A DNA stretch of 59,946 nt, the filler included. It is 3 parts of 3 records of this genome, joined end to end, with 100 filler letters (N's around TTAATTAATTAA, not from the genome) between each part and the next. Parts side by side here need not be neighbours in the genome. Positions count along the whole stretch, not along the records: positions 48,425 to 59,946 come from DRR723986_1325; 2 more parts are not named here. The stretch is one strand, 5' to 3'. A model generated the notes under the pieces. It had not been told where the DNA came from and searched no databases. It saw only the letters and a list, made by a program, of their open reading frames with translations. Shown here in pieces: positions 48,425 to 58,331 of the stretch (position 1 is its first letter; each line of letters opens with the position of its first letter). The position numbers and the translations under genes were made by a program.

Positions 48425-48440
48425 CTGGCGGAGAGGAAGG
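48425..48440 (+). repeat. att core, displaced copy
   Basis: CTGGCGGAGAGGAAGG, identical to 59931-59946; followed by non-tRNA sequence. Confidence 0.9.
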
Positions 48441-48559
48441 CCGCCGCACCCGTGTCCGCACGTTTCCGCCGCCGACCAAATATCCTGTGGAAACATAAGG
48501 CTTAGGTGGACAATCCTTCCACTTCTCACCGTGACAAACCGCACACAAACACCGATAAT

Positions 48560-48581
48560 GGGTGGGTAGCCGGATGGGTAG
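48560..48581 (+). promoter_or_regulatory. Integrase arm-type site pair
   Basis: GGGTGGGTAG and GGATGGGTAG at a 12-bp period; same motif at the other end. Confidence 0.65.
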
Positions 48582-48607
48582 TTCTCCGGTCAAGCGGAGC
48601 GATTGTC

Positions 48608-49810
48608 ATGGCGCGGACACTGAACCGACTGACGGCCAACCAGATCAAGGCCGCCAAGGGAAAGCAGATGCTGCCGGATGGTGGAGGGCTCTACCTGCAA
48701 GTTACTGGAACTGACGCGCGATCCTGGCTGTTTCGATACCGATGGCAGGGCAAGCGTCCCGAAATCGGCCTTGGCCCCTACCCTGCCATTACACTTGCCG
48801 AGGCCAGGCGCCGGGCTGACGTTGCAAGGTCGGCCCTCGCTGATATGCCGCCACGAGATCCGAAGGCGGTGCTGAAGGGCGAAGGTGATAAACCTATTCC
48901 CACATTCGGCGAGTATGCGAATGAGTGGATGGACGCAAATCTTGGCGATTACACGAACGCCAAGCACCGCCAACAATGGCGCAACACATTGGATGCTTAT
49001 GGCAAGCCTCTGCGGGACAAGCCGATAAACGCCATCGAGACCGCCCATATTCTCGAAATTCTGAAACCCATCTGGAATAAAAAACGGGAAACCGCGACGC
49101 GCCTCAGGGGCCGTATAGAGCGCATTCTGGACGCGGCAAGTTCCGAAGGCTTCCGGACAGGTGACAACCCTGCTCGCTGGCGCGGCCACCTGAAGAACCT
49201 GCTACCGAACCAGAAGAAGCCGGTGAAACATCATGAGGCCCTGCCCTTTGCAGACGTGCCAGCCTTCATGAAACGCCTGCAGGAACGCGAAGCTCTCAGT
49301 GCCCGAGCGCTGGAGTTCCTGATCCTGACATGCGTGCGCTCTTCCGAAGGACGCGGAGCCAAGTGGGCCGAAATCGACCTTGATGCCCGCCTGTGGGTGA
49401 TCCCGCCCGAACGAATGAAGGAACCGAGGGAGCATCGCGTGCCCCTCAGTGACGCCGCCGCCGCAATCCTGGAATCCCTGTCCGATACGAAGACCGGCAA
49501 CTACGTCTTCCCGAATATGAGCGGCAAGGGCTGCATTTCCGAAACGTCACTTCGAAAGTTGATGGACCGCATAGGCACCACCGGTCCGACCATTCACGGC
49601 TTCCGGTCCACGTTCAAAGACTGGGCGACCGAGACGACGAACTTTTCCTGGGACCTTTCCGAACAGGCGCTGGCGCACATTGTCGGGGATCAGACGGAAC
49701 GGGCTTACCGAAGGGGCGATGCGCTAGAGAAGCGCCGTGCGCTGATGCAGGCTTGGGCAGATTATTGTGCAGGCAATGCCACTGGCAAGGTGGTGCGGTT
49801 ACATGGATAG
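48608..49810 (+). CDS. int: P4-like tyrosine integrase with arm-binding domain
   Basis: DGGGLYL..W.FRY..GLGPYP.ITLAEAR; catalytic R (CVRSSE), K, HGFRS, LAH, AYRR. Confidence 0.95.
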   Translation: MARTLNRLTANQIKAAKGKQMLPDGGGLYLQVTGTDARSWLFRYRWQGKRPEIGLGPYPAITLAEARRRADVARSALADMPPRDPKAVLKGEGDKPIPTFGEYANEWMDANLGDYTNAKHRQQWRNTLDAYGKPLRDKPINAIETAHILEILKPIWNKKRETATRLRGRIERILDAASSEGFRTGDNPARWRGHLKNLLPNQKKPVKHHEALPFADVPAFMKRLQEREALSARALEFLILTCVRSSEGRGAKWAEIDLDARLWVIPPERMKEPREHRVPLSDAAAAILESLSDTKTGNYVFPNMSGKGCISETSLRKLMDRIGTTGPTIHGFRSTFKDWATETTNFSWDLSEQALAHIVGDQTERAYRRGDALEKRRALMQAWADYCAGNATGKVVRLHG

Positions 49811-50612
49811 ATTAGAACGAATGATCCGAGAGGCTGCTGAGCGCAGATTTCCTGATGTCCCTCTCGCGCCTTCAGGCAGGACGTTAGACGATATACCTGA
49901 CGAAATGATGGCGGCATGGGCAAGGAGTGTACTGAGAGCGCTTGCGGACATTCCAAACATTTCTTTCAAGACAGAACCTGATCCAATTGCAGAGGCGATG
50001 AGGCAGGCCACGTTGTATGACCTGTTCAAGTCTTCCGTCTTAACTGCACCTACTGTTGGAGAGGCAGACGAAGTTGTCAGCCGCCTGTTTTCAGAAGCCG
50101 TATCACTTGCAGTGCACCTGCGCATCGGAATCGAACGCAAAGAGTTACCTCAATTCGGACTAAAGCGACCTGGCGCGAGCTACAGAGATACAAACACGAC
50201 AAAATGGGGCGGCATACAGGCGACTAGTGTCACGTCAGCGACCTTGATGGAGATGGGGGGGCTAAGCCGTCGGCAGGCGTGCAGGAAGGTGGCTGCCATA
50301 CTTGCTCGCCACGGTGTTGATGTAGCGGGCGAGACTATTCGCCGAACCTGGTTTGGTCTCTGGGATGACTGGAGCTGCCTGCATCCAACCGAGTTCGGAG
50401 ATTCCCTGCCTCCGCTGGCGATTGACATCTGGATCGGTGAATTGCCCGGGCTCGCATGGGGGTCTGAGGGCAGTAAGGATTTAGAGGCGTTTACTGAATA
50501 CGTTCTTTCGAAACGAAACGACTTGCTAAATCGTTATATCCCGAAGGAACTGGCAGAGGCTTGCGAAGACTGGAAAGCCGAATTGATGAAAATGGGGGAT
50601 AACGGGGTATAG
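49803..50612 (+). CDS. Hypothetical protein overlapping the int stop, possible HTH
   Basis: LSRRQACRKVA..GETIRRTW helix pattern. Confidence 0.65.
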   Translation: MDRLERMIREAAERRFPDVPLAPSGRTLDDIPDEMMAAWARSVLRALADIPNISFKTEPDPIAEAMRQATLYDLFKSSVLTAPTVGEADEVVSRLFSEAVSLAVHLRIGIERKELPQFGLKRPGASYRDTNTTKWGGIQATSVTSATLMEMGGLSRRQACRKVAAILARHGVDVAGETIRRTWFGLWDDWSCLHPTEFGDSLPPLAIDIWIGELPGLAWGSEGSKDLEAFTEYVLSKRNDLLNRYIPKELAEACEDWKAELMKMGDNGV

Positions 50613-50685
50613 ATTCCCCCCACAACAGGCTCGACCATCTCCATACACCCCCACGCAATTCCGTGTGGCGAGTATGGAGGCCAAA

Positions 50686-50889
50686 ATGTCACAGAAAGAA
50701 CAGGTCGCTTATTCGATCCCAGGCGCTTGCGATGCGTCAGGCTTCGGCAAAAGCACCCTTTATGAAGAGATTGCCAAAGGCGCGCTCCGGGCTCGGAAGA
50801 TGGGCTCTCGGACGTTTATAATGGCGGAAGACCTGAAGGCATGGCTGGAAGCCCAGCCGGAAGCCCGCATCACTTACACGAAATCCTGA
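50686..50889 (+). CDS. Excisionase/AlpA-like HTH protein
   Basis: GGAGG RBS; AYSI..GFGKSTLYEEIAKGALRARKMGSRTFI..DL.AWL. Confidence 0.85.
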   Translation: MSQKEQVAYSIPGACDASGFGKSTLYEEIAKGALRARKMGSRTFIMAEDLKAWLEAQPEARITYTKS

Positions 50890-50896
50890 AAAGAAA

Positions 50897-50925
50897 ACCC
50901 GCTCCAATGGGCTGTCGGAGCGGGT
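50897..50925. other. Hairpin after xis (terminator-like on the - strand)
   Basis: ACCCGCTCC..GGAGCGGGT preceded by an A-rich run. Confidence 0.45.
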
Positions 50926-50975
50926 CTCTAATTGCGTCTTGCCAGGCGTGTCACCCAATCGCGCGAGGAAATCGA

Positions 50976-51170
50976 ATGACCCGCAAAATATACAAGAACC
51001 GCACACGAATGCAACGCCAGCTCAGCCTGTTTCACTGGGCGGCGATGCAACCTCAAACACCCCACCTTGCAGCCGTCCGCTACGTACAGGGCTTTGGCGT
51101 ACGTTCACCGTCCCTTGCGCTGCTCATAGCCGAGCATGCAGGGCTGCACGTGGGGGCTGATCATGACTAA
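50976..51170 (+). CDS. Small hypothetical protein
   Basis: GAGG RBS; MTRKIY..QLSLFHW; overlaps the next gene. Confidence 0.55.
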   Translation: MTRKIYKNRTRMQRQLSLFHWAAMQPQTPHLAAVRYVQGFGVRSPSLALLIAEHAGLHVGADHD

Positions 51171-51534
51171 GCAACCTGAGTCCGCGCTCCAGAAGGCCGT
51201 GGTGGAATACCTTCGCCTTGCCCTTCCGCCGCACGAGGCCGTCTTTTGGCACACACCGAACGGCGGCTACCGCGCCCCGCGTACTGCCGCCCGCCTCAAA
51301 GCTGAAGGTGTCGTCCCAGGTGTTGCGGACATTATCATCCTCTGGGCAGGCCGCTGTATCGCCATTGAACTGAAGGCGAAAGGCGGTAGCCAGTCAGCAG
51401 CACAGAAGGCGTGGGCGGACCAATTCACCACCGCAGGCGGCGCTTATGCCGTGTGCCGCTCTGTCGAGGCCGTGGAGCGCTTCCTTGATGCGGCGGGCAT
51501 TCCTTTACGGGCCAGTGTGGGAGGCGCGTCATGA
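51163..51534 (+). CDS. VRR-NUC domain nuclease
   Basis: ESALQ, HTPNGG, GVVPGVADI..IELK..Q (PD-(D/E)xK). Confidence 0.85.
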   Translation: MTKQPESALQKAVVEYLRLALPPHEAVFWHTPNGGYRAPRTAARLKAEGVVPGVADIIILWAGRCIAIELKAKGGSQSAAQKAWADQFTTAGGAYAVCRSVEAVERFLDAAGIPLRASVGGAS

Positions 51535-51767
51535 GCAAATACCCTCCTGGATATTTCGGGCTCCGCGAATGGCTTGGGCCGCCTATCGGGCTGTTGTTTG
51601 AACTTCGCCAGGATCCGGCTTTTCCGAACCGGCTACGGGCTTCCCTGAAAGCCATCAGCCTGCAGTTGGTCGGGCTTGTTGATGACGATGAGCTTGGGCT
51701 CATCGATACGTCACCAGAAGAACGCTTGCGCTCTGCCCAACAATGGAGGGAGCGCAAAGATGATTGA
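51531..51767 (+). CDS. Small hypothetical protein
   Basis: GGAGG RBS; ATGA coupling to VRR-NUC. Confidence 0.55.
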   Translation: MSKYPPGYFGLREWLGPPIGLLFELRQDPAFPNRLRASLKAISLQLVGLVDDDELGLIDTSPEERLRSAQQWRERKDD

Positions 51768-53226
51768 TGCTTACAGGCTATCTGCCGCAGCTAACCTCGA
51801 ACGCGATTACGGCGGCACGCAAATCCGCAATGGATCGGATGCTGACAGTAAACACCAATGGCCGGATCCAGAGCCAATCGACACCGATGAAGGAACCCCT
51901 GCCACGTTTCCACTGGATGCGCTCCCTGCGATGATGAAGCGGGCTGCGCAAGACATAGCCAACGGCACGAAATGCCCACCGGCGCTGGCTGCCGCGTCAG
52001 TCCTGTCTGTCGCTTCCTTCTCGGTACAGAACCATTTCGATGTGGAGTTTGCCCAGCGTCAGAGACGCCCTTTGTCCCTATGTATCTTGACGGTTGCGGC
52101 ATCAGGTGAACGTAAGTCCACGGTGGATCGGTATGCGGCAAGAGGTGTCTACGAATACAGGGTACAGCTGGCTCTCGAACATGCAGCCCGGGAAAAGGAC
52201 ATTGCCGACGCCAAAAAGGCAAAGGCGGATCACCTCCCTGACCCGTTGCCAGACCCCAATATCGTCATTGGCAATATGACCTTGCAGGGCATCTTCCGGG
52301 CTTTTGCAGAGGGGCAATCAAGCCTTGCACTCTTTTCCGATGAGGGCGGCGAGTTCCTTGGCGGACATTCGATGAAAGCAGAAAACCGCCTCGGTTCCCT
52401 GGCGGGGCTTTCAAAGTTCTGGGATGGCGGGCTGCAGGCTTACAAGCTGAGAGGCACCAAGGACAAATCCGAGACACTGACGGCCGATGATTGCCGCCTT
52501 GCTGTCCACTTGCAGGCCCAGCCCGTTGCCTTGCAGCCTTTCCTTGCTGACCCGATGGCAAAGGGACAGGGCCTCCTCGCACGCTGCCTGATCCACAAAC
52601 CGGCTTCCACGATTGGCACGCGGATCATGACGCTGGAAGAGTGGCAGGCTGATGGTATGACCGTCGAAGTGCAGTCCTTTGCCATGCGCGTTAAGACCTT
52701 GCTTAGTCGGCCCGTGAGCCGGGATGATGGCGCAGTCCAGCGTGACCTTCTGCGCCTTACCCTGGAAGCCATGCAAGCATTGCTGGACTACACGAACGAG
52801 GTTGAGCGATCCCTTGCCCTTGCAGGCGACCTGGAAGGTATGAGCGACCTTGTAAACAAGCTGTCCGAACAGGCCGCTCGCATTGCAGGAACATTTGCCG
52901 CCTTTGACAACCAGACCGAAGTGTCAGGCCGCACAATGGAAGACGCTATTCGCATCGCCCGCTATTTCCTTTCCGAAACTATACGGCTTGCGCGGCTGGT
53001 TCCGCAGGAGGCAGGCACCAAGGACGCCATCGCCATCGCCCGGTGGCTGCATCAGCGCGGCGGTCGCGTGAGCAACACCGATCTCAACAACAGCTTGCCC
53101 AATCACCTCCGTCGTAAGAAAGCACGCGCGAAGCCGATGGCGTTGCTTCAGGAAGCGGGATGGATCCGTCAGTCCGGCAAGTACTGGGAGCTGAACCCGA
53201 CCAGTGCCGAGCGGGGCTGGGTATAG
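51760..53226 (+). CDS. DUF3987/YfjI-family replication protein (P-loop helicase-like with C-terminal wHTH)
   Basis: FPLDALP, AASGERKS Walker A, FSDEGG, FWDG, QP, GLLARCL, QAARIAG. Confidence 0.85.
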   Translation: MIDAYRLSAAANLERDYGGTQIRNGSDADSKHQWPDPEPIDTDEGTPATFPLDALPAMMKRAAQDIANGTKCPPALAAASVLSVASFSVQNHFDVEFAQRQRRPLSLCILTVAASGERKSTVDRYAARGVYEYRVQLALEHAAREKDIADAKKAKADHLPDPLPDPNIVIGNMTLQGIFRAFAEGQSSLALFSDEGGEFLGGHSMKAENRLGSLAGLSKFWDGGLQAYKLRGTKDKSETLTADDCRLAVHLQAQPVALQPFLADPMAKGQGLLARCLIHKPASTIGTRIMTLEEWQADGMTVEVQSFAMRVKTLLSRPVSRDDGAVQRDLLRLTLEAMQALLDYTNEVERSLALAGDLEGMSDLVNKLSEQAARIAGTFAAFDNQTEVSGRTMEDAIRIARYFLSETIRLARLVPQEAGTKDAIAIARWLHQRGGRVSNTDLNNSLPNHLRRKKARAKPMALLQEAGWIRQSGKYWELNPTSAERGWV

Positions 53227-53242
53227 GATCGGACAGGCGTGG

Positions 53243-53483
53243 GCTTATCCGTACGCTGCTTATTCTGCTTATTTAGCGCATTGTTGGCGGGATCTGGAAT
53301 GAATATTGGAGATTTGGAGAAGCGGGCCCGTTGCTTAAGCCTGCTTATACCGGCTTATTTTCAGCGCCGCCCCGGAAAAATAAGCAGCAATAAGCAGGCA
53401 TAAGCAAATCGGCTGCTTATTGCGATCTGTAGTGTCTATTCAGCGTTTGAGCGCAGGCGCAGCAAATAAGCAGAATAAGCAGC
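53243..53483. repeat. Iteron-like array, putative replication origin
   Basis: 11 copies of GCTTAT/ATAAGC (consensus CTGCTTATT) in both orientations; perfect 20-bp inverted repeat 53255-53274/53464-53483. Confidence 0.75.
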
Positions 53484-53935
53484 AAGCTGAGCTGGTAGCG
53501 GTCCGGTCAGGAGGTCAGTCGCAATCAGGAAAGCGTACAGCTGGACACCGTAGTGAAGAGCGTCGTGGACACGATCATACGGAGCAAGGTTGCCACGGGC
53601 CCGGCAATGAACATAGCTGTTCCGATGCTAAACGCCTTGATGCTGCCGCGCCAGTACTCCCTATTCGCTGCAACGCAATCCTCATGGATCTTGTCAGCTA
53701 CAACTGGCTTGAAGTCGTCGTAACCGGTTGTCAGGGGTGTGATCGGAATGCGTCCTGTCTCACCGCCAGCCAGATCCAGCAACATACTGTAAATTTTATA
53801 TTTTATATAAGGGTCTGGTTGGTAACCCCGCCTGAGTTTGGTGCCTGTTGCGAACAATCACGAAAACTGGCGAATTGCACACCTAACATCAGCGTGGTTG
53901 AATGATTCGCAATCTTGTGTTGCGGGGGGGGTGGA

Positions 53936-55270
53936 ATGTTTGAGATCAACAATCTCACGAATCCGGTCGTGCTCGGTCAAGCAATTGGTGCGTTGGCGAT
54001 TTTGGCAGCGCTATCTGCCGGCCTTGCTGGAGCGTTCAAACAGAAGCTACCCAGGTTGGCACACTCGATAAGCTTTGTTCTTGTTGGGGCCGCTTCAACC
54101 GTGTTGGGCGCATTTGGATTTTCTGATGGTGGCTCTCCGGCTTGGCTCGTCGCGGGTCTTCAGTATGGTCTTCCCTGTGCTGTAGCGGCGATAGCAGCCC
54201 TTCTCTTGGGGGTTATCTCAAAGAATGCCGAATTTTTGTGGGCATACGGCGTTCTTGCGATATCCACTGTTGTTGGTGGGGCCGGAAGCAATCTGGCGAT
54301 TTACTACGCGGACGATGAACGTATCTTCGAAGACCCCTTGATGAAAGGATTTGCCGCGATTGAAGACCATTACCCGCTCGCTTGGGCAGAGCTGAAACAG
54401 GATCTGAGAGCTGCGGACTTGAGCGTAGGCAAGAGTGCGGCGCCTATCGTTCAAAGCTTCTACGCGAAGCACCAGCCTCAATTTTTTAGGATGGCTAGTG
54501 ATGAGGCTGTAGCCAGCCTTCAGAAGTCCGTCACGCGCAAACTCGAATATCTGGCTAATTCGAATCCTGGAGCCTGTGTGTCCTTTGTCTCCGGTAAAGT
54601 GCCCAATGAGATCTCATCTATACTGCCCTACAACATCAAACTCGAAGAAGCAGAATTGATTGAAAATCTGATCCAGTCATCAGGTGGTTCCAGCTCTGGT
54701 GTGGCGGGACAGGAAGAAGCCGAAGAATTGTTCGTTTCAGCAATTCTCACGCTAGCAGATCGAGAGCCTAATCTATTCTACGCTTATGTGGGAGAAAATG
54801 TGAACGGCACACCCAGCGATAAAGAGACCTGCGAATCTTGGATTGCGATAAACAGGATTATCGAAAGCCGTCCGGTAGATGAGTATGCGAGGTTTGTTCG
54901 AAGTGATTTGTGGCTCGTTTCTGAGAGCTCAATGTCAGACTCCGCTGGCGAAGATTTGGCTCTTGCTGCTTTGTACGCGGATGCCGCGATAACTCGCCGT
55001 GAATTACCGATCCAGATAGATCAGAGTACCACTCTGGTGGATGTGAGTTTTGATGGGGAAGCATACCATTATCGGTATGAACTTTCTGGACTTTCCGGCT
55101 CAGCTGGAGACTTCAGGAAATGGTTTGAGAGCCAGAGCGCCCCCAATATCTGTATTGGAGAGGATACAGCGCCGCTTATCGAGTTCGGTGTTTCGCTCAT
55201 ATACGAGTATGAATTAAACGGCGCTACTGTTTCTATACCTGTGGATCAGGCGCTCTGCCAAAAGCTGTAG
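53936..55270 (+). CDS. Cargo: multi-TM protein with soluble C-terminal domains
   Basis: Four N-terminal TM helices; C-terminal LPIQIDQSTTL..YRY..C..YEY resembles the AspS/PA3611-like fold. Confidence 0.7.
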   Translation: MFEINNLTNPVVLGQAIGALAILAALSAGLAGAFKQKLPRLAHSISFVLVGAASTVLGAFGFSDGGSPAWLVAGLQYGLPCAVAAIAALLLGVISKNAEFLWAYGVLAISTVVGGAGSNLAIYYADDERIFEDPLMKGFAAIEDHYPLAWAELKQDLRAADLSVGKSAAPIVQSFYAKHQPQFFRMASDEAVASLQKSVTRKLEYLANSNPGACVSFVSGKVPNEISSILPYNIKLEEAELIENLIQSSGGSSSGVAGQEEAEELFVSAILTLADREPNLFYAYVGENVNGTPSDKETCESWIAINRIIESRPVDEYARFVRSDLWLVSESSMSDSAGEDLALAALYADAAITRRELPIQIDQSTTLVDVSFDGEAYHYRYELSGLSGSAGDFRKWFESQSAPNICIGEDTAPLIEFGVSLIYEYELNGATVSIPVDQALCQKL

Positions 55271-55277
55271 TAAGGGT

Positions 55278-55841
55278 ATGATGGGAAAACTGCTTTGGAG
55301 CCCAATTCGTCCCGGTGAGAACTGGGCTCAGACACTGGTGCGGGTGGCCGGAAACCTGCTTCGTTGGATTATTGGCCTTCCGATAGTAGTTGGTTTGCTC
55401 ATCTGGGGAGGGGTGGCGGGTTACGGCTGGTGGAGTGACAGGCCTCAACGAATTACCGAACTTGAAGGCATCGTAATTGGAATGACTTCGACGGACGTCA
55501 CGCTGCTGAAGGGAGTGCCCAAATCGAACGGCCCCGAGGAAGGAAATGACGGTTCCTGGACAGAGGGGATGTTTTTTGGCGATTTGTTGGTGCTCCTCAG
55601 TGGGCTGTCCCAAGACAAAATGACAGTTTACAGAGTGTGTCACACCAATCCGGGATACTATGATAAGGTCTCGGGCATTACCGGGTCAGACAGCGAGAAG
55701 TTTGTCATCGCCCACCTCGGTGAGCCAGATGAAGTGGTGATTGATGATGATAAGCTGGGCAAGGCTTCGTACTTCGAACGCTACAACCTGATGGTTCGCT
55801 TCGCTAAGGCTCAGGTGGATGCAATTTGTGTGGGAACCTAG
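55278..55841 (+). CDS. Cargo: single-TM hypothetical protein
   Basis: N-terminal TM; GMTSTDV..KG.P and HLGEPD repeats. Confidence 0.65.
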   Translation: MMGKLLWSPIRPGENWAQTLVRVAGNLLRWIIGLPIVVGLLIWGGVAGYGWWSDRPQRITELEGIVIGMTSTDVTLLKGVPKSNGPEEGNDGSWTEGMFFGDLLVLLSGLSQDKMTVYRVCHTNPGYYDKVSGITGSDSEKFVIAHLGEPDEVVIDDDKLGKASYFERYNLMVRFAKAQVDAICVGT

Positions 55842-55856
55842 CTGGGCGGCCGCCAC

Positions 55857-56084
55857 CTAGTCTGCTTCCCACCAGCGCTCTGGTTCGTCTAGGCCAGGCC
55901 GGGTGCCTTCCAGTTCATCAAGTTCGGCATTGATGATTTCAGCCAGCGAGCGGTACTGCGCGACCTCATCTCCATGAGCCATGTCCCCGCCCTTCAATTT
56001 GTCGAAGATAGCGCGCGCTGGAACGCTGCGGAGCGCTCTTATGATGTTGTCCAGTCGAGCATAGCGGATGCGGTCAAAGCACAT
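55857..56084 (-). CDS. Cargo: small hypothetical protein
   Basis: 75-aa ORF converging on the upstream gene; no motif. Confidence 0.4.
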   Translation of the reverse strand: MCFDRIRYARLDNIIRALRSVPARAIFDKLKGGDMAHGDEVAQYRSLAEIINAELDELEGTRPGLDEPERWWEAD

Positions 56085-56421
56085 ATGATCGTGCTTAGTT
56101 CCTGGGCACCGCCCAAGAAAGGCGGTTCGCCTGAATTAGTTGGGGAAAGAGATCTGTTCCCGGCGTCTGTTTTGAGCCAAACCAGACATTCATTTGCGAC
56201 CGCGGAAGCGGCGGGATATGGCCCTTTTTTAGACTTTCCTATGCAGCTGTATTCGTCGGCGTTTTTACACAGTGGCGCGGGATCAAGGGGGGCCAGGTCA
56301 GTGGGAATGATTACGATTGGATGGCGTAATGAACGTGAAATTCTAATCCCGTCCGCTGATCGCTGTTGCTTCACCCCGCTTTTGCAGCTTCACTCTTCAG
56401 GACATTAAACGGGGGGTACAA

Positions 56422-57201
56422 ATGCCAAAGGGCGAAGGAAAGCGTCTCGGATTCGTTACTACATTTGCCGTCACGCTGGTTTTCATTCTATGGATTTTAC
56501 TTGTGGCCGCGATTGCTTTCGGCATCCAAAGCGGCACTCTTCAATTATTGTGGACAAATATTGAGGATGGCCAAGCGCAAATTCTCTCCTCAACAATTGC
56601 TGCATTGGGCCTCGTGACTTCGGCAGTTTTAGTGCCGTTTGTGTTTAAGGATCGCATTCGCGATCTGGACAGCGCTGTCGGCGAAATGCGCGAAACCATT
56701 GAAAACTTCGAAAGTGATGCCAGTCAGAAAATAGAGAAGCTTTCGGCTCTACTGAATGAGAGGATGGAAGAGCTCGAAAGGCGCGGCAGTGAAGATGTCG
56801 ATCGATTGGGGGATGTCCTGGAAGAGATTAGGTCTGCAGTCATCTTGTCGGTCAGTGATGGGCAGATTTCTGATCCGAAGCATGCAAAGGTCTTCGTCCA
56901 ACACCTCTATAACAACGCGGTCTCTGCTCTGAAGAGACGTGTGCGTGAGAAACCTTATCTCCGAGAAATCACAAAGGACCAAATCGCCAATCTTCGCACG
57001 ATGTCGAAGCAATATCTGGACAAGCTGCTGGAGACACAAATCATCACGCCCGCGGAACGTACGATTGTGGATCGAGTAAAGGAATTTGCCTATAGACGTT
57101 CGGACTTTGTCATGTCTGACATCACTGCGATCAACAAAACGCGCAGCGACTTCGATAATGCTTTTGGCGAAAGCTCTGTTTCGGATGTAGACGCAGTCTA
57201 A
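56422..57201 (+). CDS. Cargo: two-TM plus coiled-coil protein
   Basis: Two hydrophobic helices followed by a heptad-rich segment. Confidence 0.7.
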   Translation: MPKGEGKRLGFVTTFAVTLVFILWILLVAAIAFGIQSGTLQLLWTNIEDGQAQILSSTIAALGLVTSAVLVPFVFKDRIRDLDSAVGEMRETIENFESDASQKIEKLSALLNERMEELERRGSEDVDRLGDVLEEIRSAVILSVSDGQISDPKHAKVFVQHLYNNAVSALKRRVREKPYLREITKDQIANLRTMSKQYLDKLLETQIITPAERTIVDRVKEFAYRRSDFVMSDITAINKTRSDFDNAFGESSVSDVDAV

Positions 57202-57321
57202 CGCCCGACAAAGGTCCGCTTTCGGCGATTTTCGGAGCCCGGCCATAAGGCTTTCATTGTCCCAGGCTTTGTTCGATCCAACGCGCCTTTTTAAGTAGTA
57301 TTTGAAATTAAGGAGTGACGA

Positions 57322-57693
57322 ATGAAAAGGAAATATTTGCTGATTTTTTCGGTGTTCATGGCGGCTTGCACTACACCTGTGGGTCATACAAACCGTCCCA
57401 TGATGAATTATGATCGCGATACTGAATATAATATTACCGATTCAGAAGATGGTTTTAGCGTTACGGTTTTCTATTCTCGATACCAATTCATTCCTGAAGG
57501 TTCCACCGCAGCAACAGCCTGCAAACAGCAGCTTACCTCGATAGCGTATGAGCACGCGGATGGCGTCGGCAGAAAAATAGAGCCGATAAATGAGCAGCGG
57601 ATCCGCATCTCCATGGGACGGAACGGGCTTACTGGGGTGACGTCTTGTCAGGCGTATGGTGAAGCAAAATGGGCTAGTTCCCCAAGCGAATAG
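57322..57693 (+). CDS. Cargo: predicted lipoprotein
   Basis: AAGGAG RBS; MKRKYLLIFSVFMAA-C lipobox. Confidence 0.75.
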   Translation: MKRKYLLIFSVFMAACTTPVGHTNRPMMNYDRDTEYNITDSEDGFSVTVFYSRYQFIPEGSTAATACKQQLTSIAYEHADGVGRKIEPINEQRIRISMGRNGLTGVTSCQAYGEAKWASSPSE

Positions 57694-57697
57694 TCTC

Positions 57698-58135
57698 ATG
57701 AATATGACGCTCAAGCATCTCTGTTTAATTCTGATGATGTTTAGTTCTTGCTCGTTCGCAGCAGCAGATGGCATTTTGTGCAATGCTGACAAAGCGATGG
57801 CACTGGTTCGACAAAACAACTCAAAAGAGTGGGATTCTATCGAACCGGAGTCGGGTACTTTTTTTCTGACCGTTGAACTCGACTCCGCCAAGGGCTTCTC
57901 TGTCGGAGCGTTAGGTGACCCAGTACCATATTTGTCCGGCGACGACTGCCAAATGTTAGAGTCGGATAAATCAACAGCGATAGTCTGTGACAACATTATG
58001 AGTTCGTTCAGGCTAGATGTGGAGACAGCACAGTTTGTGTTCGCACAGCATTCTGGGCTCTGGAGATCAGCTGAAAATGGCCAGCTTGTTACTGTTGTTG
58101 GTCGGTGCACAACGTATAGAGGCCACAACAATTAA
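57698..58135 (+). CDS. Cargo: predicted exported protein
   Basis: Signal-peptide-like N-terminus; four Cys in the mature region. Confidence 0.6.
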   Translation: MNMTLKHLCLILMMFSSCSFAAADGILCNADKAMALVRQNNSKEWDSIEPESGTFFLTVELDSAKGFSVGALGDPVPYLSGDDCQMLESDKSTAIVCDNIMSSFRLDVETAQFVFAQHSGLWRSAENGQLVTVVGRCTTYRGHNN

Positions 58136-58331
58136 ACTGATATTTCCATCCTAAACAGCGTACACATTGTAAATCTCCTTTTCTTCAAATTCTGAGCACG
58201 GCTAATGTCGGCTTCCGGCGAGTTTCAGCCTCTGCCCCCCTACTCCCGCGAACGACTGCAATCGGGCCTCATGGCAGACATTGCTCACCTTGCCGAATAA
58301 CTGTATCAATTTGATATTGATGGAGCGGGCA

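Noticed and set aside
53243-53483. CRISPR array
   Set aside because: Repeats are 6-9 bp, in both orientations, without unique spacers or cas genes
53525-53857. 110-aa ORF on the - strand next to the origin
   Set aside because: TTG start right after a stop, no RBS, no motif; may be a relic but cannot be supported
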